Source of the DNA: Macrostomum hystrix
Lineage: Eukaryota; Animalia; Platyhelminthes
Direction: 5' to 3'
Assembly (NCBI GenBank): GCA_950097015.1
Contig: CATNEN010000003.1
Span: 4,216,001 to 4,280,000 of the forward strand
DNA length: 64,000 nucleotides
Part shown: piece after piece, positions 1-15,000 of the stretch
Numbering within the stretch: position 1 is the stretch's first letter
Layout of the letters: each line of letters opens with the position of its first letter
Notes under the pieces: generated by a model
Database searches by the model: none
Told to the model about the DNA's origin: nothing
The model's input: only the letters and a program-made list of their open reading frames with translations
Program-made: the position numbers and the translations under genes

Positions 1-3000
1 AAGTTGGAGCTTGCGATTCCACCAAATGTAAAACTCGATGAAAACTTCAATCAAACCGTCAAGCTGAAGTCGGGCGACTCGAAGGTATTCGAAATACCTT
101 TCGAAGCTTACCCTAAGCCGTCTGTAAAGTGGACTCACAATGGTGCTGCACTACCTGATCCTAAGCGCTTTAACATCGATACCATTGCTGGCATGACATC
201 GTTGGCTCTGGCTAAAGCGAAAAAGACTGACGAAGGCAAGCTCACAGTGAGCATTGAAAACGAGCTTGGCAAGACCACTTTCGACATAAATCTTATTGTA
301 ATCGATAAGCCGACGCCCCCACAGAAGCTATTGTCATTAGTCACGACAGAGACATCGATCACCATCAAGTGGGAGGCGCCGCTGGACGATGGTGGTGCCC
401 AGATAGATGGCTATGATATTCAGTATCGAAAGCAAAACCAGAGAGCTTGGCAGGAGGCGGGCACAACCTCAGACATGTCCATGAAGGTCGGCAGTCTCAC
501 TAAGCAGACAGACTATCACTTCCGAGTGGCGACCTTCAACATTGTTGGAAAGAGCGACTACACGGAAACAAAGAACCCTATTCGAGCCAAGGCAGAGTTT
601 GCCGCTCCCAGTCTAGACTACAACCAAGCACTGTGCAAGCAGAGCCTAAAGGCCGGCTCTGAACTTCAGATCCCAGTCCTTGTCTACGGAGAGCCACAGC
701 CAACCGTGAAATGGACACAAAATGGCCAGCCGTTGAGCACGAATATTAAGGTTCAGCAGAAAGATGCCGAGTCAAAGATAGTGATTGTTGGCCTCGAACC
801 ATCAGACTCTTCGATTTTGTCGATCTTGGCAGAGAATGAGCACGGAAAAGCAGTAGCGGAGTTCCAAATTACTGTCGCTGCCGCTCCAAGCGCTCCGAAG
901 AACGTTGCCGCCAAGTCCCAGACCAAGTCAAGCATTGAGCTCACCTGGGAAGCGCCCGAATCGGACGGAAACTCACCTATCACTGGCTACGTGATAGAGA
1001 AGTGTGAGCAGGGTAGAGACAGCTGGGTGCTAGCAGCAAGCGCTGAGCCGCAGTCCCGCAAATCAGTCATCGGAAATCTGCTCACGGGCAAGATCATGCA
1101 GTTCCGCATCGCTGCTGAGAACGCTATTGGTCAGGGACCATGGGCTGCTGGCGAGCCAATCGAAGTCAAGTCACCGTTTAGCCCTCCGAGTGCACCACGC
1201 AACCTGCAGGTGTCTGAACTGACGCCTACATCAGTATCGCTGACTTGGAAGGAGCCCAAGAACGACGGCGGAGCTCCAATCGACGGCTATCGGGTGGAAA
1301 AGTACAGCAAAAAGACCGACCAGTGGATGCCTGTCAACCAGAAGCTAGTTTTGGAGACTAATATTACCATTGAGAATGTGAAAGGTACGCCTTTTTTAGT
1401 TTTATTTCTTGGAATTAGCTTACAAATTAATAGGCTTTTCGGCATAAGATAAGGATGAAATTTAAAATCTTTAAGAGAAAACCATAAATTACTTTGCTTT
1501 TTTAAAACAGTCGACGCCCTGGAACTTCGCGCCGTGGCTGAAAACGAAGCCGGAGTCAGCGAACCATCGGAGAAAGTCACGGTGGACCTCACCAAGGCCT
1601 CTCAGGAGCCCGGCCCGCCAGGCAAGCCAATCGTCAAGGCCACTCAGCTTGGAGAAGCCCTGGTAGCGTGGAAGACACCTGAGCACGAAGGCGCTTCACC
1701 AATCACCGGCTACTTGGTCGAGAAGAAAAACTACTTCGAAACCGCTTGGATTAAAGTGAACGTTGATCAAATTCCTAACCGAGAGCTGACAGTTTTGGAA
1801 GCCCCGAATGAAGTTGTTCAGTACCGAGCTATCGCAGTCAACAAGCACGGCAAGAGCAAGCCCTCGCCTGAGTCTGACCCGTACAAATTCGGTGAGAAGA
1901 ATTTCTTTCTATTAGTCTCACAAACAAAATGTTTTCTAGCTTGAAGTTAAATATTTTTGCAAGAATTTTAAAGTGCTGAAGTTTTTTTTCTCAAGGAATT
2001 TTTTAGTTAAAATATCGGAAAAACCCAACAAAATCCACAAGTCATTTTGTATGGTCAAACCCGCTTGCTTTTCAGTTGAAGATGTCCAAATTACCAAGCC
2101 GCTCGTCAACTTCAAGATCACCCAGCTTCCTGCAAGTGTAACGTTCGAGTGTGAAGTCTCCAAGGAAGGAGTTCTCTTGAACTGGTTCAAGGAGATTTCC
2201 GAAGTTCGAATGTCTCAAAGAGTGCAGTATGAGGTCAAAGGTAAAGTGCACTCGCTTAAGATCGACAACTTGGAGCCTGGCGATATTGGAAAGTATACGG
2301 CTGCTTTAGGTGATGCAAAAACATCGGCCGAGCTGACTATTGAATCACCTCCGGAGTTCGCACTTAGCAAGGACTTCTTGAAGGAGGTCATTATCAAAGC
2401 TGGATCTGGCAAGGTTATCGAAGTCGGCTATCACGGATGTCCTGTTCCTTCGGTGCAGTGGACCTTCCAGGACTCACCGTTGACAGAAAGCAACGTCGTC
2501 ACCGAGACAGTGTACGGATTAACATGCATGCGGATCACCAAGGCAAAGAGGTTGAATGCTGGTCTTTACACAGTTGAACTCAGCAATGAATTTGGTAAGA
2601 CATCTATGACCGTTAAGCTTATCGTCCTAGACAAGCCGTCGCCTCCTCAAGATCTGGAGGTTAGAGAGAAAGGTGAAGAGACCTACCTCTTCTGGCAGCC
2701 GCCGAAAGACGACGGAGGAAAGCCGGTGCGCGAGTACTCAATTGAAAAGCGAGACGCTACCAAGAAGACGTGGCAGAACATTGGGCGCACCAAGGAATTG
2801 CAGCTTGCAGTCAGCGGGCTTAATCCTGGGAGTAGCTACTTCTTCCGTGTGTTTGCCGAAAATGAGTGCGGCTTCAGCGAGCCGACTGAGACTAGCCAGC
2901 CTTTTGTAACTAAGAAAAAGGCTGAGGCGCCATCCGAACCCGCTGCTCCGCTGGTTAGGAATGTGGAAGGCACAAGGTGTACAGTCTCCTGGATGCCGCC

Positions 3001-6000
3001 CGTCAGTGACGGCGGATCGCCAATTTCAGGCTACCATCTAGAGAAGCGAGTCGACAGAGCTGCTAGGTGGATTCGAGTGAACAAGGACGCACTTGCTGGA
3101 ACTGAAGTTCAGCTGAATGACTTGGTTGAAAATGCTCAATATGAATTCCGAGTCAGTGCTGAAAATCAGGCTGGCCTAGCATCGCCATTCAGCGCACCGT
3201 CCAGGTCCTTCACCACAAAGGAGCTGTATGACAAGCCTGAAGCACCTAGAGCACCTGAAATTAAACAGGTAACAAAGAGTACAGCTGTTGTTGCTTGGAA
3301 AGAACCAAAAAGTGACGGTGGAGCTCCTATCATGGGCTACAATCTCGAGTATAAGATGGTCGAAGCATACGCATGGATCCGAGCGAAGGAGGAGCTGATA
3401 CTCGACACAAACTTCACTCTGGCCAATCTGGACGACGCATTTGAGTACGAGTGTCGCGTTGCGGCCTCAAATAAGGCTGGTCAGGGGCCGTTCTCACAAG
3501 CCTCTGAGCATATTAAACTAAGCGAGCCAAAATCCGAATCGGCTCCGTCTGTTGTCAAAGGCCTCGATTCAAAGCAAACACTGAAGTCCAGCAACGTAGA
3601 ACTAGCCTGCTCGTTCAATGTGGGCCACCCAGAGGCCGAGGTTCTCTGGTACAAAGATGGACGTCAGATCCGACAAGGATCGAAGTATTCAATAACTTCC
3701 CACAAAGGCTCAGTGCGTCTTGAGGTACTGAAGTGTCGCACTGATGACTCAGGCAAGTACATGTGCCGGGCGGAGAACAAAGTTGGCAAAGCGGAGACTA
3801 CTGCTCAGCTGCTTGTGATGGAGAAGCCTGCCTTAGAAATCGATGCAAAATACAGTCGTGGAGTTACGGTCAAGGCCGGCTCTTCTCTCTCTCTGATTGT
3901 TCCATTCAGCGGTTACCCGACACCAAGCGTCTTATGGACATTTAATGGCGGAAGCATCCCGTTAGACTCTAGAATCTCACAGGATAGCAAGAACGCGATG
4001 GCCATGCTGTCCTGGCGAGAGATGAAGAGCAGCGAGTCAGGCCGTTTGACTATCGCGGCCAAAAACGAAGCTGGCGAGGAGTCCTACACTTTCGAAGTCA
4101 AGGTCATCAACAAGCCAGATGCGCCTAACTTTTTAGAAGTGAAAAAAGTCGTGGGTGACAAGGTTTTGCTGGTCTGGACCCCGCCAACAAATGATGGTGG
4201 TGCTCCGATAAAGTCATACGCTCTTGAAAAGCGGGAGCTTGACAAGTCAACCTGGACACCAGCTGGAACAGCTACTGCTCTGGAAACGCAGTCAGAAGTC
4301 AAGCATCTGACGGAGGACATGTCCTATACGTTCAGAGTAATGGCTGAGAATGAGGTTGGAGTTGGTGATGCTTGTGAGATTGAAACACCTCTCAAAATCG
4401 AGGCCACTGATCAGCTTCCAGGACCACCAGTGAATGTAAAAGTGACCGATGTGAACTCCGATTCGGCAACTATCTCGTGGAGTCCTCCGGACAATGCAGA
4501 CCAAACTGCGGTAACTGGTTACATCGTGCAGAAGCGCGAAGGCGAATTCGGCAAATGGCTCAACGCAGCTGGATTTCCTACGAAGAAGTTGACCATCAAG
4601 GTGGACAATCTCATCCCGGAGGAGACATTCGCGTTCCGCATTATCGCAAAGAACAAGGTGGGCAACGGTGAGCCATCGCAGGCATCATCGAATGTAAAAA
4701 CAAAGCCATTGGAGAAATCGTTGGCTCAGCAGAAGCGCTCTGTCGCCGAGGAGTCCGCGGTCAAGAAGGATCTCATCGATGAGACCATCGAGCTCGCTCG
4801 ACAGAGGCGCGAGCAGATTTATGGTAAAAGCCGTAGAGAGGAGGAGGAAGAACCTCTAGATGTCAAGCTACTTTGTGAGGATAGTTTAACAGTAAAGGTG
4901 AACAGTGCAGTCAAAGTTCCTGTTAAGGTTTCAGGGGCCGCATTGCATGATGTCGAGCTAATCCGATCCGGACGAGTAATATTCGACCGGGTGTCTATTG
5001 ACAAGTATGGTAAGGACTTCAACATCACTCTTAGGAATGTCAAGTCCGATGACGCTGGATTGTACATCGTAAAAGCCACAAGGAAAGGTGAATCAGCCCA
5101 GTGTCAGTTTGGACTAAAAGTCCTCGACGTACCAGGAAGACCCAAGGGACCACTAGACATTCAAATCGTTGATGAGAAGACTCTCGTTTTGAGTTGGGCT
5201 GCGCCAGACTCGGATGGTGGCTCTCCGATAAAATGGTACACAATTGAAAAGAAAGACGTCCATAGAACTTACTGGAGTAAGCAGGAGAGGACAAATGGTC
5301 CTAGCACAACCATCACAATATCAGACATTGTGCCTGGTGCGGAGTACATGTTCAAAGTAATGGCAGAGAATCAAATCGGACTATCGGAACCTCTCTTTGG
5401 TGGCAACAACTTCGTGATGAAGAGTCCATATGACAAGCCGGGTCGCCCAGAAGGTCCGCTGGAGTGCGTCAAAGTGGAAAAGAACTTCGTGGACCTCAAG
5501 TGGCGGCCGCCTGCTTCCGATGGAGGTCGACCAGTTCAGTACTACGCTCTCGAAGTTAAGGAAGTTGGAAGTGACACGTACTGGATGGAAGTCGCGACCA
5601 TTCCCGCACCCGACGTGACTCATCGTGTTTACAAACTCAAAGAGGGTCATGCCTATCGATTCAGAGTTCGTGCGTACAACAGCGAGGGCTTCAGTGACTG
5701 GCTGGAAACAGAGAAATCCATCTCAATCATGCGGGAGCCGACTCGTCCCGGACCGCCAACGGGACCAATCAGAATTGAAAAGGCAGACGAAAACAAAGCG
5801 AGGCTGTCCTGGAACGCGCCAATGGACGACGGCGGCACGGTCCTATTGGGCTACCGCGTAGAAGTCGCAACAAAAGACACCTGGCAAACTGTTGAAACCA
5901 CTGACGTTTACACGACTAAACTGACAACCGGCAAGCTAAAAGAAGATGTTCCACACACATTTAGAGTATTCACCATCAACAAGGTTGGTGAGAGCACTCC

Positions 6001-9000
6001 GCTTCTGTCAGGAACCTTTATCCCTGGCGCTCCGAACACGGTTCCTGGCCAGCCGCTTGGGCCGTTGGTTGCTAAGAACCTCACTGCGGACTCAATTCTT
6101 CTTGTCTGGGACGCACCAACTCACACCGGAGGACTGCCAATCACAGGCTACAAAGTAGAAAAGTACGACTTTAACAATAACACTTGGTCGGCCTGTCTTA
6201 GTACCCGAGTTACTCAGACCAGTGGTACAGTCTTCGGTCTGAAGCCAGGAGAGAAATACCTTTTCCGTGTGTCAGCTGAAAACGAAATGGGAAGAGGCGA
6301 GCCGCTAGAGATGAATACGAGCATCACTTGTACGTCTCCATTCTCTGTGCCACCCGCTCCACAGGGGCCGATCGTTTTTTCAAGTGTGACGGAGAGCTCT
6401 CTGGAGATGTCCTGGCAACCGCCTTCTGATGATGGCGGATCAGACATTAAAAGCTATGCGGTACAGATGCGCTATCCAGGAAGTTCTGTCTGGCACCGCG
6501 TGACCAAGGTGCCCGGTACTCAGACGTTCTGTAAGGTAACAAACTTGCTGATGGGCAAGGAGTATGTTTTCAAGGTGGCTGCTACAAATGAGGCAGGCAC
6601 AGGTTCTTTCCTTGAGTCAGAGGCTGTTCGAATGGCCGAACATGAGGATGAAGCTCCCCCACCGTGGTGGGTAAAAGTCATTGGAAAAACTTCGACTACA
6701 GTGACGATTGAGTGGGCCATTCCCCATGACTGCTCACATGGCCACGCCCTTCACATTGATGGCTACATGGTCTTCCTTAAGACAGCCGGATCAACTGAGG
6801 CCGTTCAAGTAGCGTCTGTGGATCATTTTGTCACCAAGATGACAGTCTCCAGTCTATCTAGTGGAAGATTGTACTACTTCGGAGTGGCTGCATTTAATGC
6901 CCGCGGTATCGGAGAAACGGTCTGGACCCAAGACGCAACCGAGCCGGAGACCATTTCTTCAGTTCCAAGCCAACCGGTGGGGCCGCTTTCGGTATCTGAC
7001 GTTGACACCGACAGTTGTATCCTATCTTGGAAGCGCTCTGCGGATGATGGCGGCTCGCCAATTACTGGCTACAGAATATTCAAGCGAGAAGTCTTCCGAC
7101 GTAGTTGGCAAGAGATCGGGAAGGTTAGCCCAACAACTCTTGCATTCGAAGTAAAGTATCTGATGGAGAATGTTGCCTATGATTTTAAGATTTGCGCTGA
7201 AAACAAAAATGGATTGTCCGAGCCGCTAGAAAATTCTCGAAATGTGCTCATCAAGAAAGGTACAAGTGTACCGTCGCCTCCGCAGGGACCGCTAAAATTG
7301 CGTGAGTTGACAAAAAGTCAGGTGCTTCTCACTTGGAAGGAGCCTATCAACTTTGGTGGACTCAAGCTCAATAAGTACATCGTAGAAATGAAAGATGACA
7401 AAGGTCACTCGTGGAGAACCGTCAGCGAGACCACGGATACTGAAGCTCTTGTCGATGGTATCAAACCCGATGTCGGCTACAACTTCAAAGTATTCGCTGA
7501 GAACAGTGAAGGAAGAAGTATGCCGCTTATAAGTGATCACATCTACATGCAGCGCTCGCAGAGAGAGGCGCCAAAATCATTCGATTTTAGAATGGACGAG
7601 GAAAAGTGCTCATTAGATCTCTACTGGAAACCAGTGAGCGGCTCTGATGTTCTCGGGTACAAGATTGAGCGCATTGATCTAGACTCTGCCAGCATGTCCT
7701 GGAACCAAGTTGATTTTGTTCAGCCGGGTGTCCAGAACCTGTCAGTGTACTCAAGCATCCCAGGAATACCGTACAAGTACCGAATTATTGCTGTCTATCC
7801 ACACGGAACAAGCGAACCAGTCGAGCTAAGTCAGACAATTTGTTTTGCTCAGAAAGAGAAGCCAGCACCAGTTGAGAAGTTTGCCATCACTGACATCGGA
7901 GAGCGGCATATTGACCTAGCTTGGAAGGCTCCCGCTGAAGAAAGCGTCAAAGGCTACCGCTTGGAAATCGAAGAGCCCAGTAGAAAATACTGGCAGCCCA
8001 TTGCTGATCTACCGAGAGACGTAACAAAGTTCAGTGTGACCAATATTTCAACTCGCGAGCCGCAGACGTTCAGAATTTTCTCGGTCGGCGAGCGCGAGAG
8101 AGGCATTCCGCTTGATGTGTCCACTCGCCCGCTATTCGAGGGTCCCCAGCGATCATTTAACCTAACTGACCTGCGCGGCGGTGATTTGTCTATATTTAGC
8201 TATTCAAACAAGGACTCTCTTCCCGAGCGACAGCGTGAACTTGGCTTTGAAAAGCGCATCCTACCATATAGTGGAACTGCATTCTTTAGTGGTAGACCAG
8301 AGGATGAATCGCTCCCAGCGACTGAGGGAAGTCAGCTTGAGAAGTCCTGGCTACCATTCAGTCAGTCTGAATATTATTCCAGTAAGTCAGCGTTTGACGG
8401 AAGGCTTGAAGCTGACATCACGCGTCGTCCAGTAGGTGAAGGTGGACATTCAGCCATGTTTGATAGTGATGCTGACTTTTCCAGTGCCGCATCAAAGCAA
8501 GGCCTTCTGAAAGGTGTTCTGCACTACACTGGACAAGAGTACTTCACCGGAGAATCCACTTTTGATGCCAACAAGACTCTTCAGGAGCATCGAATGAACA
8601 AGCGAATGAAGGAGGCATTTAGGAGGCCCAAAGAGAAGCCGATACCGGAAGACATACCATCGCTTTCAATCAGAGACTATGTCGGAAAAGACAAAGAGAG
8701 GCCCATTAGAGAGGATGAGGAACCAATGGAATACCCGCGGAGTACAGTGCCAGAGCATGCTCCGGCACAGCGCTCAATTATGAGGTCAGAGTCTCTCGAT
8801 ACTGCCATTTCACAAAGGCGATCAAAGGATTATCTTTCAGTAGATCAGCCATCAGGCTCTGATGTGCCTCTGTACCGAGATTACATTCTACCACCCAGAG
8901 CTGCCCCTGAGCAGAAATCCGAGCTAGAGGCTCTGATTGAGAGGTCGAGACCGCAGCTTGTTGTGGAAGAAAGATGGAACGCTGCAGATGTCTTCTATCC

Positions 9001-12000
9001 TCCAAGGAGAGTGGTTGAAGACTTCGAAAGCGAATTTCCGATGGAGCGGAGACGGCTGCCCGACAGAATAAGCTACGTGTTTGAAGGCCGTGATGTGACT
9101 CCTAAAGGCAGCCGGCTAGGTAACAAACCAGCTTCGGCGCACAGAATTGGTGATGCCAGCGTGGCTGCACCTGTTTCGTCAAGTCGACTAAGAGAATTCG
9201 TCCGAGCTCGAGAGCAGCCTGAAATAAGACGAAGCATCTCCGTTGAAAGGGCTGAGTCACCAATCCAACGGGCGATTGAAGCTACAATTAGTCATTCGAG
9301 AAGGTCATTCTCACCGTCACCAAGGCATCCGGCTTTGAGAGACTCCATGTCGCCAGTTTATCAAAGATTTGATCGCGATGTTCGAACACCGTTTTTCCAG
9401 CAGGACGTGAGACGTCGCTTCGCGGATTCCGATGAGCGCTATTTCACTGACTTTGAGTCTCCAAGGTTGGATTACTCGTACAGGCCAGTGATTGTCTCGG
9501 AGATAGACTCGCATCTCTCTGTGAAGAGAAAGAACTATCTGACAGACCTTGATCGCGACACAAGCCTCGACTTCATAGATCTTCGGCGGACGCATCGGGA
9601 CCATGTACCCCTCGTTAGAAGTGCAGAGCGCAGTCGCGAGGATTATGTGCTGTCAAGAACGTCTCCCCGACTTTCTGAAGCGGAACTTGACGACCTATCT
9701 GGGCGCAAGAGCGTAAGGATCAGCAACTATGACACCATCATTCCGTTTAGACGAAGCTCCAAGGGTGATGTTTTAACGGATTTAGCTCCTTACAGAAAGC
9801 TGGTAACTCGGGATTCGCACAGTCAGCTTATTGACATTGAGATGCCAACTCGTCTCGTGCCAACTGAGATTGACAAGTCTAGCGTGCTGCTAACATGGAG
9901 GCGGCCAATCGACATCACCAATCTGTCAAGCTATCGACTTGAGGAGTGGAATTCGAGAGACAAGACCTGGAAGGAGTTGGCGTCGCTCACGCCAAGAACA
10001 ACGGAATATCGGGTAGCAAAACTCGAGCCTGAGAGAGATTATCTGTTCAGAATCATTGCCGAAGACATTCATGGAAGGTACAGCGCTCCAGTGACCCTCG
10101 ACAGAGCAGTAAGACCGCTTATCGAAGCTCAGGTACCAGCCAAGCCGTGGGGCCTGACAGTCAGGCTGAACCAGGACCGAGTGGAGTCGGAGTGGTTCAA
10201 GCCATTCCATGATGGCGGAGCGCCAATACAAGCCTATAGACTTGAGCTGGAGGATATCAACAAGCATACCAGAGTACCATTGGATGATATCGACTCCTTC
10301 CGCACCCGATACTTCCTTAGCAACCTGGAAGACCAAGTGCCATATCGACTGCATCTATTTGCAGTCAACCGAGTAGGCATCAGCGAGCCAGTCACCTCTG
10401 ACATATTTATCCCACGAAGACCGGCTGTCAAACCTCCGCCTCCAACTGGGCCGCTGAAGGTTATTGAAGTAACAGACGACGCCGCAGTGATTGAATGGAA
10501 GGCTCCAGAAATGCCAGTAACGCAGAGGGGCGCACCTGCTCATGTCACTGACTACCTGGTTGAAAAGTGGGACTCTCGATCAAAGGAATGGACTCCATTC
10601 AGGAAGATTCCAGCAACCGCAACATCAGTGAACGTCCCGTATCTGTTGGACGGTATCGACTATGCGTTCCGGGTGCGCTCGGAAAACGAAAGTGGCGTTA
10701 GTGAGCCCATTTCAACCCTGAGCTTTGTTCGACCACTCAAGGAGAAGCCTCTTCCTCCGGGTAGTCCTGCTGGACCCCTGCAGATTCAGGAGGTTGCTGG
10801 CACCACTGTGAATCTATCATGGAATCGGCCTACTTCGGCCACGGTGCCAGTGCACAGCTATGAAATCGATATTCGTCATCCGGGCCGCGATTGGAAAACT
10901 ATCGGTCGCACAGACGCCTATACCCGATTTTACCGCGTCGAGAACCTGTCTCCAAGCCAAGAGTATAACTTCCGCGTTCGAGCTATCAATGACTTCGGCA
11001 GTAGTCCAGCTCTGAGCATATCTACCCCGTACTTGCTGAGACCTCAAGTGCCGGAGGTGCCGCGTGGACCAATTAGATTTAATTTCCTAACTTCGGATGA
11101 CATTGAGCTAAGCTGGCAGCCTCCTGAACACGAAGAAAATTTGTATGGATATCAAATCTACATGCGCGAACCGTACGAGAGTGAATGGAGATCTGTTGGA
11201 TCTGTTGGAAGCGAAAGAACTCGTTACATCTACCGCGACACTCGGGACCGCGGCGATACTATCATTTTCCGTGTGAACGCCGAGAACGAAGTCGGAATTA
11301 GCAAGCCACTAGTGTCATCCGCAATCACTGTGAGAAGACCTCAATTGAATTTTATGTCGACAGAGACTGGTAAGTAAAAAGCTTAGGAATTTTTATGTGC
11401 ATTTAAATAAAAAAATTATAAACACTACTAACAATGCATACACTCATATTTTAGTTGATACACTCAAACTCGAGCGGTACACCGAACCAGACATCAGGAG
11501 AAAGCGTCTGTCCTCGCTTGAACGCTCCATCACTGTAACAGAGAGAGTCGAGCGTCTGCCCCCACGGCAGTCACCAGCTCCGTCGATTTTGAAGGTGACT
11601 GATGTTGGCCCGACGTGGGTGTCGCTCGAGTGGAGAAACCCACGTCTGACGATGGAGCCAGGCAGGTTCCATATCGATAGTGTCGCTATATTTTCCAGGC
11701 GCTTGCCAGAACGCGAGTGGAAAAGGATAGGAACATACGATCTTTTCCAAAATCGACTGACTGTGTCTGACTTAGACAAAGACGCTGAGTATGTATTTGG
11801 AATTTCAGCTGTTTGTGGCCATCAGTTCAGTGACATTGTAGCCACTGACAGAGTAGTCCTAACGAGGGAGCGTCAGCTTCTGCCACCAGGCCCGATCGGG
11901 CCCTTAAGCCTGACACCAGTCAGCCGAGATACGGTGCTACTAAAATGGAAACAACCACCTTACGATCCAAAGTCACCTATCGATCGCTACGTTGTTGAGT

Positions 12001-15000
12001 ACCGAGAGCCGTGGAGAACCTCCTGGGCTTTCCTCGCAGAAGTTCCAAAGAGCATGAGTGAGTACAAAGTGCAAAATCTTGTTGAAGGTGAATCGTACGA
12101 CTTTAAGGTCATCGCTATCAATGAGAAGGGACGTTCGGACGCACTAAAGACTGAAATGCCATATCGATTCATGACTCCTTACGACGTACCCGAAGCTCCT
12201 AGAAGCCTGTCGGCTATCGTTAGTGAAGATGCGAGCCATATCGCCAGCCTATACTGGAAACCTCCAACTGACGACGGTGGCCTGCCGATCGAACGCTTCG
12301 TCATCGAAAGACGTCTACGCGGCCATTTCAATTGGGAGCCTGTGGCCAGTATCCCTCCGAGAGCTACTCACATTGAGATTCCTGATATCCCAGAAGGTGT
12401 TGGGGTTGAGTTCCGCGTATTTGCTGTCAATGCTGAAGGCCGTAGCCCGCCCTCCATAATATCGAACGTAGTTGAGATTCCAGTCTCTCTAAAGCCTCCA
12501 AGCGTGCCAAGGGGGCCACTGTCAGTGAAATACTTCGATGAGTCATCGTTTGAGCTTCGCTGGAGAGCGCCTGATGATGTTGCGGAGAGACCTGTGGACT
12601 ACTACTTCATTGAGTACAAGCCGCTGTTTGGAGACGTCAAGCTGGAGTGGAGGTATGTGGCGAAGGTCCCAGCCAGCAGTCTACACTACCTGGTGCCATA
12701 TCCGGACACTGATGTTCCTCTGCTATATCGAGTCTCTGCAGTGAATACCGCAGGTAAAAGTGTGCATCTCACTTCCAAGACCTTCCAACCTCGGACTCTA
12801 GAAGACGAGGACTGGGAAGTGCCGAGAATCCGAACCAAGTTCCAGACTGAGCCGGGCTTCGGTCGATCAATCAAGCTGACATGGACTGCTGAGGAAGAGC
12901 GGGAGCCCATTGACTACCTGATTCAAGTCAGGCAAGAGGATCTAGACAAATGGGACACGGTGGGGTGCGTTCCGTCGACCACCGGTCACTTCATGGTGAA
13001 TGACTTGACCTGGATTACCGAGGTCGACTCGGTTCGATTCAGAGTTGCGCCGAAGACTTATCGAAGAATCGGGGACTTCACGGAGATCGACTTTGTAAAT
13101 CCTTTCAGGGCTGCTGTAGGAACGAGAAGCGTACCATTGATCACGGGGTTCAGCGTTGCCAGTGTCACTGCAGAATCTGTGACGCTTCGCTGGAGACGAC
13201 CCGCAGTTCTAGATGAATCCATGGAGTACATCATAGAGCAGTGGCACCCGATAACAATGAACTGGAAAATTGTTAAGAAGGTCAAGTATGCTGAGAATGA
13301 AGTGACTATCCGCAATCTAATTGAAGATGATCAGTATCACTACCGAATCACTTTGGTGAGCAAGGACATTGTTGCTGGACCTTACTATCTGTCTCAGCCG
13401 GCTGTGCCGAAGCGCAAAGTTACGGCTCCAGAGCCGCCATTCGCTTTCCATGTGTCTTTGTGCAGCGATCAGAGAATAAAGTTGACGTGGATCAAGTCAG
13501 TCCTTGATGGAGGCAGCCCTATCACTGGCTACAGAATCGAAGTCCGAATGGACAGCGAGGACTGGCTGTTCCTGACCGAAGCTCACGCTTGGAAGACTGA
13601 GTACATCGCGTCTCAGCTTGAACAGGGGCACTTCTACACTTTCAGAATCTTTGCTGTAAACTCTGCTGGAAGCAGCGAGTGCATAGTTTCCGAGACGATC
13701 TACCTTCCGGCTGATTCACCAGAGCCTCCGAGACTGGACGGTCCTCTCCTGGTTGACTGGATCTACGAATATGACCTAAAGTTTTATTGGGCTCCGCCAC
13801 CTCCTGGCTGCGTCTCGAACTACCGGCTCGAGTGGTACGACGTTGACAAGCACCAGTGGAGCTTGTTTAAAGAGCTCTCATCGGAAGCTTCAGAAACTGT
13901 GATTCGTCACAGTACGCGTCGCTCTTCCACCGATATTAGTCAGTACCGTCTAGTGCCTTACTCAGGTCAGACCCGAGGAGTTCCGACAATCCCGCACTTG
14001 TCTAGGGCGCAGACGAAGAAGCAGTCCGGCTTGCCCGCTAGCCCAGTTGGACCGCTTGTGTTCGATCGAGTCAACATGGACACATTTCGAACTACTTGGG
14101 AGCCACCGACTATTGATGGCGGTTTTCCAATCCGTTCATACCTTATCGAACAGCGTCTTGAGGGTCGCAGAGCTTGGCGTGAAGTGATGGAAGTCCCGAG
14201 CGACTGTCATTCAACCACCATTCGTCTACGAGCTCCCGACTCGCCAGTTTCAATCCGAGTGTCCGCGCGCAATGATTTCGGTGTCAGTGAGCCTTTAACG
14301 TCTGAGCAGCCCATCATATTTGTCGCGCCCCAGGCGCCACCAGCGCCACCAGCCGATTTCTCCGCCTTGCACATCGGCACGCACTCGTGTCTGCTGCGCT
14401 GGAAGCCACCAGCCACTGGACCGTCAGTTCAGAAATACATCATTGAGAAGCAGCAAGAAAACTCTAACTCGTGGGCACCTGTGTTCACATCGAATGCCAC
14501 AACTTACATACACGAGTTGTCTGGTCTAGCGCCATCGACTCAGTACAGGCTGCGAATTAGAGCCGCAAATGAAGCTGGTGAGAGCCAGCCGCAAGAGCTG
14601 ATCAACATCATTGTCACCAAGGCTCTGAAGGAGCACACCCAGATGCGACCGCCCTACAACACAGAAGCCACAATTGTTGAGCTGTCATCAGTGCGAGTTG
14701 CTTGGAAGCATGAGACATCCTTGACGGAAAACGTCAGTTACATTGTCGAGTACAGAATATTCAACTCGGACGGCTGGATTCGCGCCACACGCGAGCCAAT
14801 CAGCGACAAGAAGTACATCATCGATGGGCTGCGAATCGGGCAACGCTATTCCTTCCGAGTTCTGGCTGTTGATGAGAATGGCGAAACCATTGCTTCTGAA
14901 GCCAGCTCTGAGCTCTACATTGAGGAGGCAAAGGGTACGTATATTGTAATTTCCGAACCGTTTCTCATTGTGACTCATCACTTCCCGTCTTTTAATTATA

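Noticed and set aside
1973-2075. ORF-track N-termini of the 3134-aa and 1214-aa ORFs as separate gene starts
   Set aside because: These are intron sequence read in frame; the ORFs are internal exons of one gene.
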